This document shows, piece by piece, positions 54,390 through 64,000 of a stretch of 64,000 nt of DNA (position 1 is its first letter; every line of letters begins with the position of its first letter). The stretch is taken from assembly GCF_006345805.1 (NCBI RefSeq), contig NC_043001.1, positions 43,772,001-43,836,000 of the forward strand. The letters are read 5' to 3'. The position numbers and the translations under genes were made by a program. Origin of the DNA: Octopus sinensis. Its lineage: Eukaryota. Below the pieces are notes generated by a model. That model had not been told where the DNA came from, made no database searches, and worked only from the letters and a program-made list of their open reading frames with translations.

Positions 54390-55087
54390 TTAGGGTGGAG
54401 GGCTTTTTCACGATTTTCAATTTTGATATAGAGGTAGTGTGGCAAAGTTGTGAATGGGTATCAAAATAACTGGCGTAAAACCTTAGAACTCAGCAACAAT
54501 ATCTTGTCTCCACAAATGCATCAAAAAATGGAAAATGTGGAGAAAAAACGCCTCTACTTATTAGCTTTAAAATACAGTTTTCATTGCATCTTCTTTGGAT
54601 AACTTTTAAATGACTCTGATGAAATTTCTCTAAAATATGACTTAAACATATTTTTTTCTGTGACTTCATCTTCTGTCTCCAGAACCACCTCAAAATATAC
54701 AAAAATATTGTAAATATTGTAATTTATAAAATGCAGAAAATTTTTCATGTAGATGTAAATTACAATACACCCCATCCCTCCTTGTGGAGGCAGAATATGA
54801 AGTCACAGGAAAAAAAAACATGTTCAATTGTATTTTAGAATAATTTCATCACAATCATTTAGAATCTACCTGAAGAAGATGCAATGAAAACTTTATTTTA
54901 TAGCTAATAAATAAGTAAGTAAGAGTATTTTTTCCCCCTTTTTCCATTTCTTGATGTGTTTGAGGAGATGGAAGATATTGTTGCAGAGTTTTAAGATTTT
55001 GCACCAGTTATTTTGATGTCCATTAACAACTTTTCTGCACTACCCTTATCACATAATTGAAAATCATGAAAAAATGCTCCACCCTAA
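54390..55087. mobile_element. Long-TIR foldback MITE
   Basis: Imperfect inverted arms of ~300 bp: ttagggtggag..ttttcacgattttcaatt versus aattgaaaatcatgaaaaa..ctccaccctaa. Confidence 0.75.
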
Positions 55088-55499
55088 TGTATATATGATG
55101 GGTTCCCACATAGTCTACCATATTCACTCACAATAATAAAAGACAATAATAAAAGGCAATAATAAAAGACACTTGCCCAAGCTACTGCACTATGGAACTG
55201 AACCCAATACCTCTTGGTTGCAAAGCAAGCTTCTTGACCACACAGCCATGCCTAATTTATTAACCTTTGAAGTTGTCAAAATATTGCTAGAAACTCTTTG
55301 GTTTGTGTAAGAATAAAAAGAGCACTTTTGAATTCTTTAACAATGGATCTACACTTTTTTTCATATTTCTTATATTCCTCTTTTATTGGTTTCAGTCATT
55401 GGACATTGGCCATACTGGGGCACCACTTTCAAAGATTTTGGTCATTTCTATCAATTTCAGTGCTTATTTTATCCTTCTCACTCATGAGATATGGAATGG

Positions 55500-56250
55500 A
55501 CCCACAGCTTTTCTTCTCTCCATGTCCTTAATTGTTTTATCTTACATGTTGCTTTCAACCTTCTGTATTTTGTAGGGTCAGCATGAGGTAGCCTCTCTAT
55601 ATCCTTTGCTTTCTTCTTGTTCAATAGCCTCTAATAATAACACTTCCAATGCTACTTGTCTTTTATATTGATGGGGAGTTTGTTTTCATTGTTCTGAATA
55701 GACTTCTCATCAATGATATCTTGGTTCTCTCTCACATACTCTCTTGCAATTCTGAGCCTCTGATTTTCACATTACAGGGTAAATCTCTTCCTTTCTGGCC
55801 TGTCCATAACCAAGTACACCTGTTGCCTAGCTGCTCTTCTAGCCATTTGATAATTTCTCCCTAATATTACTTTCCTTCTAGGTTTTCCAAGCTGGTCTCT
55901 TAGCCCTTATCATCCTATCCACCACAGTATTACTTTCAGTGCAGCTGGGACTTTGCCCCAGCCACATGCCTGATCTGTGTCCTTAAGCAGGCTATTTCAT
56001 AGGAATTCCTAGTTGTCATCTGTGCCACAGATGCTTAAATCTTTCTCGTTACAGTCATATACATCAATTACAATTCCTCTAAACCTATTTAGTTTCCATG
56101 TCTTCCTTCTCCATATCATCTTCTGTTTCTGTATCTGCTTAGTTCTGACTTTGAAGTTAATAGCCACTAATCCATGTGGTGTAGTCCATTCTTCATCATG
56201 AAAGGTTTTGATTTTCATGATAGCCCTTCTGTTCCATTTCCTGTCATACA
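55500..56250 (-). mobile_element. RTE-like LINE fragment (post-endonuclease region)
   Basis: IKTFHDEEWTTPHGLVAINFKV..RRKTWKL. Confidence 0.55.
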
Positions 56251-57677
56251 TGTGTGTGTGAGTGTGTGTGTGTATGTAGTCATAAATGGGGGAAATAGTT
56301 TGATGAAATTTTATTTAACAATAAGAAAATTCAAATATTATGACAAATATTGTTTTTCCATATACTTACCTTATATGCTTCAATCTATCCTAATCTACAA
56401 TACTAAATTATATTAATCTTATCCTACATTATAAACTATTCTCTATTTACTTATATATTTGAACTTTTAATCTTTAATTTAATATTTTTCTTGTTGATAT
56501 CAAACTCTATATTTTGTAAACTCTGTTTCTATAAATATATGATTTTCCTCTCTTTATACCAAAACTATCTAATAATTATTTCTTAAAATTTTAATAAATC
56601 TCCCTTCTCATCTTAGAAAACTGTTTCTTTAATTTATATTAATTTTATTCTCATTATCTTCCATACTTCCTATAAATTAAAAAAAAATATTTACTTCAAA
56701 TTTCTTATATTAAAAAATTTAATATTGTTCATATTTTCTAGTTGATATCAGTCCCTATATTTCATAAATATTTAGTTGTAGTTTGTTTGTTGTTGTATTT
56801 TTCTATGTTTATGATCTTTTATTTTCTAGATTTTTAGTAATAAAATATTATTGTACTAATAACATTTACTAGTAACTTTTTAATTATATTACTAAAATTT
56901 CCTTCCATTTATTAGAAAATTCTTATTAATTTATATCAATTTTATTATTATTGTGTTCCATAATTTAAAAAAATTTTGGGTTTGTGTTCTTGTTACATTA
57001 CATTGAGGATTTAGTATTTAGCAAAGACTTTCTTTTGCATGAGGTTTTGCATTATTTTGAAAGATGTTTTGCATTTTCCATTAATGCAGACATGTAAGTA
57101 ATTTATCTATTATTAAATATAATAATATAAATTATTTACATGTTTTTAAGTAACGAAACAATTTGTCATGATATTTGAATTTTCTTATTGCTTAATAAAA
57201 TTTCACCAAACTATTTCTCTATCATTTATAACTTTATACACTCCTTATTGTTTTCTCTTGTATGGTACAATATATTCTGTATGTTTTGTAGAATAAAACA
57301 TTAAGGAGCTTTTCTAATGAATACTACCAGATTACTTGAACCCATTGTGACTTAAATATATATATATATGTATATATATGTATGTATATGTATGAAATAG
57401 ATGTTTGAAAAACCTTTGAGTATTGTAGGTGAAGAGTTAATCAAAACATGTAAGGTGATGTCAATGAATGAAAACACCTACTCTTCTTCTCTCAACAACA
57501 GTTCTTCATTGCCTTCTCACCCATTCTCCATCGCTAACCATTTCTCATTCTCCCATACATTCTTGCAATTTCTACTCACTGTTCTCCTTTCTCACTCCCC
57601 ACCTTCTGTTCTGTAATGTGAAGCTCTTTTAAGCAAGAAACCTATTCTACTCTGGCCTTTTCTCTCATACTTTAATC

Positions 57678-57812
57678 CAGTGTTTCTCAACTTTTTTACC
57701 CTTGCATAACCCTTAAAATAAATTACGTCTCAAGGAACCCCTGCACAAAACAAATTATATACCATATCTTTCTCATATTTTGTTCATCGTAGTTTGCGTG
57801 GTAAATATCATA

Positions 57813-57861
<49 letters not shown>

Positions 57862-58493
57862 CTAGTTTAAGAAAAAATTAATATTTCTTTGTCAAATTTA
57901 TTGGTAATGCTTGATAAGATACATACTGCTTGTTTATGATACCTCATCATGGAATTTTCATTCATGCACAAAAAAATCTAAACTTAAACATAAAAAATAA
58001 ACATAAGTAACCAATATCATATACCTATAATACATAAATGTAAATGGAATGAAAACAAATAATTGTGTATCAATTTATTATTTATTTATCCTTTACTGGC
58101 AATATTGAAAAGACAAAAGATAAATCAAGGCAAAGTGTACTGTGAACCAATAAATTATACTAAGAAATGTTACTTTCAAAGCCATTTGGTAAAGTGAAAC
58201 GTGTTTCTCTAATGTGAAACCTGTGCCTGTCTTTTGCAACACAAATATTTAATTTGAAGTCCAACTTTAGATAAACACACACGGATTTCATTTTCAGTGG
58301 TTGTTATGTCTTTTTGATATCATAATAAGTTAGATAGGATAATGTCTGTATTACAATAACCAATATGTTGTGCATGTATAGAAATATTACGATCATGAAA
58401 TTAGTATTAGCTTATCTCACTCTTTCTTGTGTAACTCCTAGGGACCTTTTGCGGAACCCTACAGTTCTAGGGAACCCCAGTTGAGAAATGCTG
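57678..58493 (-). mobile_element. hAT (Buster/Charlie-like) deletion derivative
   Basis: TIRs cagtgtttctcaac / gttgagaaatgctg. Perfect 8-bp TSD ctttaatc at 57670-57677 and 58494-58501. Internal C-terminal remnant EIRVCLSKV..LCCKRQAQVSH*. Confidence 0.9.
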
Positions 58494-59516
58494 CTTTAAT
58501 CACTCATCTCTTAGCATAAAGCTGCCTCCATCTTTACTGTAACCCCACTAAGTTGAAAGGAATCTAAGTCTTGCAAGTTACATGGTGATCTCACTAGTGC
58601 TGGTGCCGTGAAAAAAAGCATCCAGTATCCTTTGTAAAGTGGTTGACATTAAGAAGGACACTCAGCTGTAGAAAATATGCCAGAAGCAAACATTGGTGTA
58701 CAATGCTGTTCTCAGACCCATCAGATCCTGTCAAACTGACCAACCATTGTCAGCATGGAAGATGGACATTAAAAGATTACGCTGCCAATGCTGTCAATAA
58801 AAATGCTGTTGCTGCTAATGTATTTCTTAAAATTACTACATTTTACAACAGAAACTGGCAATGAGGCAATGAATATGTGACATTAGCATTAGTTATAGAT
58901 TCTCTTCTGGTTTATGTTGTGAATTAAAAAAAAAAGGAAAATTATAAACTTTCGATAAAGTTATATGATTATAAATTTGGGAACTATTCACTTCATTTCA
59001 AGTCCTGAAACACCTTTAAATACTTTCATCCCTACTATATTTCATTTGGTGATCAAAACTGATGCTGCAGCCATGGCTGTATGGTTAAGAAGTTTACTTC
59101 ACCACTGCATGGTTTCAGGTTCAATCTCATCTGTGTATAGTTTATGCATTGGATTCACCAATATTGTATGAGTGAAATTTGATTGACAGAACCTGAATGA
59201 AAGTTTGTTCTGTGTGTGGGTTGTGTGAGAATTGGTACATTCGATAGAAATACCCTGCAATATTGAAGTCCAACTGAACTGGCTGCTTTTACTTCAAAGT
59301 CTACTTTGCATTTCATATCTTAAAATATCTTAAAAGAATAACAAAATAAGTACCAGACATTTGGGTTTGATATCATCAACTAAAATCTCAAAAGCATAGT
59401 CACAGTCCCATTACTGAAAGCAGTAAAAGAAAAAAATAAATAAAAGAAAGCTGGAAATAGTAAAAGATATTTCATCTGTAGAGATGAGGTTAATAGTCTG
59501 AAGAATTATAGTCATA

Positions 59517-60065
59517 CAGTTCTATATTTATGAGATGAGGAATTATGTACATTATTTACATTTAACGGATATTTGTCCTCATCTTGTTTGTTGTTAACAC
59601 AACATTTCGGCTGATATACCCTCCAGCATTCATCAGGTGTCTTGGGGAAATTTTGAACCTAAGTTCTCATTCCTAAGGTATTTTTGATGTTGTTGTTATT
59701 GTTATTATTATTATTATTATTATTATTCAGGTCACTGCTTGGAATCGAACTCGGAATCTTGGGGTTAGTAGCCCGCGCTCTTAACCACTATGCTATCACT
59801 ACACCATATGCCCGTGGACATATGACATAGTGGTTAAGAGTGCGGGCTACTAACCCAACATTCCAAGTTCAATTCCAAGCAGTGACCTGAATAATAATAA
59901 TAATAATAATAACAACAACAACAACATCGAAAAATACCTTAGGAGTGAGAACCCAGGTTCAAAAATTCCCCAAGACACTTGATGAAGGCTGGAGTTCAGC
60001 TGAAAAGTTCTGTTAACAACAAAAAACAGGATGGGGACAAATATCCGTCAAATGTAAATAATGTA
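59517..60065. mobile_element. Head-to-head inverted pair of the same Penelope-like terminal repeat (tRNA-like head + hammerhead), inside the last PPM1K intron
   Basis: Minus copy ~59517-59812 and plus copy ~59817-60065. A 13-bp direct repeat aattatagtcata sits at 59504-59516 and 60066-60078. Confidence 0.8.
59596..59641 (-). ncRNA. Minimal type I hammerhead ribozyme motif
   Basis: Minus strand: gacac CTGATGA a tgctg-gagggtatat-cagcc GAAAT GTT gtgtt. Confidence 0.75.
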
Positions 60066-60212
60066 AATTATAGTCATATTAACAATAACTTATCACAGAC
60101 ATTTAAACATTTTGAAATATTTATTGATAAAACATACAGTGGGATGGTTTTGCACTTTCTATCTTGGTATGACCTTATCTCAATTTAATTATTTCAATTA
60201 TATTTTTTTCAG

Positions 60213-60482
60213 GTTAAACACTCAAAAGATGCTTTCTTGGTACTGGCATCAGATGGGCTCACATTTGTGCTTGCAGACCAAGAAATTGTGGATGCAGTCA
60301 GTAAGTGTGACATTCCTAAGGAAGCTGCTCATTTGGTGACAGACCAAGCCATGCAGTTTGGCTCTGAAGATAATACAACAGCTCTCATCATTCCATTTGG
60401 TGCTTGGGGCAAGTATCAAGCTGCCGACACTTCTAACCAGAACAGTTTTGGACGACAGTTATTAGGTGTTCGATATTGCTGA
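60213..60482 (+). CDS. PPM1K: PPM1K final coding exon
   Basis: Acceptor ttttttcag|, phase 0. Encodes VKHSKDAFLVLASDG..QFGSEDNTTALIIPFGAWGKY..TGA. Spliced CDS is 532+314+270=1116 nt (371 aa), the expected size for PPM1K. Confidence 0.96.
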   Translation, partial: VKHSKDAFLVLASDGLTFVLADQEIVDAVSKCDIPKEAAHLVTDQAMQFGSEDNTTALIIPFGAWGKYQAADTSNQNSFGRQLLGVRYC

Positions 60483-61173
60483 AGGTAAAAAGAAAAAAAA
60501 AAGAAGAGAGAAAAAGAAAAAGAAACAAAGACAAAACAGATTCCAAAATCTTCCTTCAGAATCTTGCCCTACCTCTTTGCTGTGCTTCACCTCCCTGTAG
60601 TCAATCCTTTACAGAAATGCTGCATTACACATAATAATGTAATATCAGATTCAGCCATGAACACACTAGCTTACTGTACTAGGTTTGCACTTGTACTTTT
60701 AGTATACTGTGATATGTAATTTGGCATTAGTACTAAAAATATTAACAGCTAAATTTTACGTGGTGACAGCTCATGAGAATCCATTTGTTAAACTGCCACT
60801 AGGAAATTATTTAAGGAAGTGTCTGCTATAAATTTCTGCTTTACTGTTTTCTTGTCCTACACCTTAGCCACTAAGTAACATCACTGATCTATGATAGCAA
60901 CAACAGCCAACAGCAATAATTACTGTAATAAAATCTGATTACTTCCAGTCTGTAATCGCTTCCTTTTGTTGATGGGAATCCAGTTGTATGCTTGCAGGAT
61001 GCAGTAATGAGATAAGACAAGCAAAGAGCCATTGTGATGGTTTGTTATGCAAGAGCAATGATAAAGTAATGCAGTTTTGTTTTGGAAAATGGAGGTGCTA
61101 GTCTTTTGGTGCCAGTACCATTTAGTTGATGGTTATACAATCATGGAATAATGGAGTAATCAATACAAAGTTT

Positions 61174-61179
61174 AATAAA
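61174..61179 (+). terminator. Candidate PPM1K polyadenylation signal
   Basis: AATAAA about 690 nt after the stop, followed by a GT/T-rich stretch (atgtgtttttgttt). Confidence 0.5.
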
Positions 61180-62463
61180 AAATATTAATCTATTATTTAT
61201 ATGTGTTTTTGTTTATTCTTAAACATTTTCTTATTTTCATATTTCCTAAAATTTTATCACATTTCTGCAAATTCTCACTGAAGCTTGTGTGTTGTTCAGT
61301 TGCTTCAGTTGAAATAAAAGTCAATCAGCAAACTTATTAATGCAATCATCATCATTATTGTTGACGTTACAATACCTGTTTCTTTTTTTTTTCCACTGAC
61401 ATCTGAACATTTGGTTGGCTGTATTTGCATGCAATATAACATAATCTCATTCTTTTCAATGTTATATCATTTCATCTGTGAGACTTGGTGATTTTGCTGT
61501 CTTTCCTGGATCTTTTTTGGTTTGACTTTGCTGTGGTATCCTTAAGTAGTTGCCCTTGTTTTTTGTTTTTTTTCAATCTGGTGTCATTCATTTATATGGC
61601 TATATCAATGAAATTGTTTTCCTTGCTTGCATTAGCAAATGCTTTTATAGTCTAGCCACCAGTTTGGCTCACTTGCAACCAGCCACTAATACAAGTTAAT
61701 ATTGTACAACTACTATATATCATACCACTTTTTGAGACATACTTGTTTAAGGGAGAGGCTCTTTATTACTGATAGAGACAGCAACTGTCTGAATGTCTTC
61801 TATTTTTCTCTTATTGAGATACTGTTAGTTCACTAGAACAACATCTAGCTAAATAGCAGAAACTTCTTTCAGCAACTGAATTGAGAAAGAGTTTCATGAA
61901 CCTTGTAAATATGTGTAGAACATTTAAAGTCCTGGAGTTTTGTCAATCTGTCAGTGCACCCTAATACTTACTTTGAGTATTCAAGACTGAATTCTTACCA
62001 CTTCCTTTCTTACTTACAAAACAAAGCCACTTTCTAACTGATTATGGTATTTTGTGTCCTTTGCTACAAGCTAGTACTTTTGTCTTTGCTTTATTGTCCT
62101 TTAATTCTTACTAGTTGATACATACCTATTTAATGAATTTCTCATTAAATTTTTCTGCCGGTCTTAACCTTTTCTATATGACCTAATACATGATCTGAAC
62201 TTCTCTCAGAAATTATATCTAACTTGCTCAGCCCCTACCAAACTTCATAAAGACTGCTACCATTTAGGTGTCTTTCATTTCTAGTATGTCATGGCACTTT
62301 TAACATTGTTGCAATCAGACCAAAAAGAATATATATAAAAAGAAAAGCCATGATTATTTCAGTAAGAGCAAATATAACATTAGACCTATTATAATTCTAT
62401 CTCGAAATATATGCCAGTGGACTAAATTTGTCCTATTTAGATGTTAGGTGATGTCCTCTGAAC

Positions 62464-62504
<41 letters not shown>

Positions 62505-62508
62505 TATA

Positions 62509-62901
62509 TCTTTATATATAAAAGTGAAGTTGTGTGTCTGTCTCCTACAATTTAGATTCCTAACTACTCCCACATTTTGTGGTGGAGTGTAACCAAAAGC
62601 GCGTATCTTATAGTTGTGATTCATATCGAGTCCTTCTGGGTATTAGCGCGTGTCTACGATGAGTCTACGATTTAAAAAAAAATTTACCATCATTTTTTCC
62701 CATTTTTAATGCATTTTTTTGCTATTATATAAGGGAAGTAACTCTCTAAAAATGTATTATTAAATCTCAGAACAAAAAGCTACAGTAACACCCCCCTTTA
62801 TGGTTAGCCATATTGAGATGGCTATTATACTTTACATCTCTAAAAATGCTTATATAGTTATTTCCCTTACAAACCCGAGCAATGCCGGGCGATACTGCTA
62901 G
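62509..62901 (+). mobile_element. Non-autonomous Helitron
   Basis: 5' TC after A, 3' hairpin cccgagcaatgccggg, then CTAG followed by T. Confidence 0.75.
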
Positions 62902-63344
62902 TATATATATATATATATATTATATATTTGAAAAAATGAATAGAAATGGTTTTTCTGATAATTTTTCCACTTTAATAATTAGATATTTATGTAAACTTCA
63001 TCATCATCATCGTTTAACGTCTGTTCTCCAGGCTCGCATGGGTTGGACAGTTCAACCGGGATCTGGGAAGCCAGAAGCCTGCACCAGGCTCCAGTCTGAT
63101 CTGGCAGTGTTTCTACAGCTGGATGCTCTTCATAATGCCAACCACTCCGTGAGTGTAGTGGGTGCTTTTTACGTGCCAGGCGAGGCTGGCAACGGCCATG
63201 ATTGGATTAGTGCTTTTTACGTGCCACCGGCACGGAAGCCAGTCAAAACACTTAATTATTTAAGTGGAAAAATTACTAGAAAATCCATTTCTATTCATTT
63301 TTTCAAACATATAATACTGTAACAGGTATTTTCTATTTCTTATT

Positions 63345-63348
63345 CTAC

Positions 63349-63379
<31 letters not shown>

Positions 63380-63968
63380 GGGCATAAGCACACATGCATG
63401 TAAGTACACACAAACACATAGGAACACACACACACAGAGGAATGCACACACACAACCCCATGTACACACGCATACACAAACTCACGTACACACACACATA
63501 CACACACATGCACATACACACACACATGCACACACACGAATGCACACATACCTAACACAACCCCACGCACACATGCACGTACAAAAAGCGCATATATGCC
63601 TCCACACAAAACCCCTCACACACACGCACATACACATGTGCACTGCACACACATACACATGCGCACTGCACACACATACACATGCAAATACACAAAATAC
63701 ATATGCACACACATGCACACAAATAAACCCATACATACCTCCCACAAACAACACATACATGCACACAATTATACATACATGGACATATGCACATACACAC
63801 ACTCACACACACAGTAATGCACATTTACTCCACAGACACAACCCCATGCACACATATACACACATGCACATACATATACATACACACACATGCACACAGA
63901 CACAGGCACACACTGCACACAAAACACACACACACACACAACATATACATACATGCACACATATATAC
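63345..63968. repeat. (CA)n/(TA)n-derived low-complexity tract
   Basis: Direct reading. Confidence 0.9.
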
Positions 63969-64000
63969 TTCAAACTACCTGTTAAACACCTTTCTACTGA

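Noticed and set aside
54868-54895. ctgaagaagatgcaatgaaaac as a hammerhead
   Set aside because: It has no convincing stem II or stem I and is part of a MITE arm.
56300-57300. Very AT-rich stretch as a mitochondrial insertion
   Set aside because: No mitochondrial gene, tRNA or rRNA similarity was recognised. Treated as low-complexity intron.
59729-59885. tRNA genes (also other SINE heads)
   Set aside because: A/B boxes are present, but there is no paired acceptor stem or T-run terminator, and the sequences are embedded in dispersed repeats.

Overview
AT-rich, repeat-dense animal genomic DNA. The SINE, RTE and microsatellite landscape suggests an octopod cephalopod (inference). Two host genes diverge from a ~24 kb intergenic region. 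(1) A complete PPM1K / mitochondrial PP2C gene on + has coding exons 44464-44995, 48081-48394 and 60213-60482 (371 aa), with a probable non-coding first exon ending at 40328. (2) The first coding exon of a secreted or membrane pro-protein lies on - at 15405-15728 (signal peptide, propeptide, RKKR furin site), resembling exon 1 of a SORL1/Vps10p-type receptor; no further exons were found in the window. The rest is tRNA-derived SINEs; RTE, CR1-like, CRE-like and Penelope-like retroelement remnants; LTR-retrotransposon fragments; Tc1/mariner, hAT, piggyBac-, Merlin- and Helitron-type non-autonomous elements; and microsatellites. The most notable structure is a Penelope-like terminal repeat present in five copies. 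It joins a tRNA-like Pol III A/B-box head, an (AAT)n(AAC)n spacer and a minimal type I hammerhead ribozyme, and it occurs twice as TSD-flanked inverted pairs, one of them just upstream of the last PPM1K exon. Most short ORFs in the track are microsatellite or transposon artefacts. Repeat boundaries are approximate and family names come from motif recognition, not database searches.
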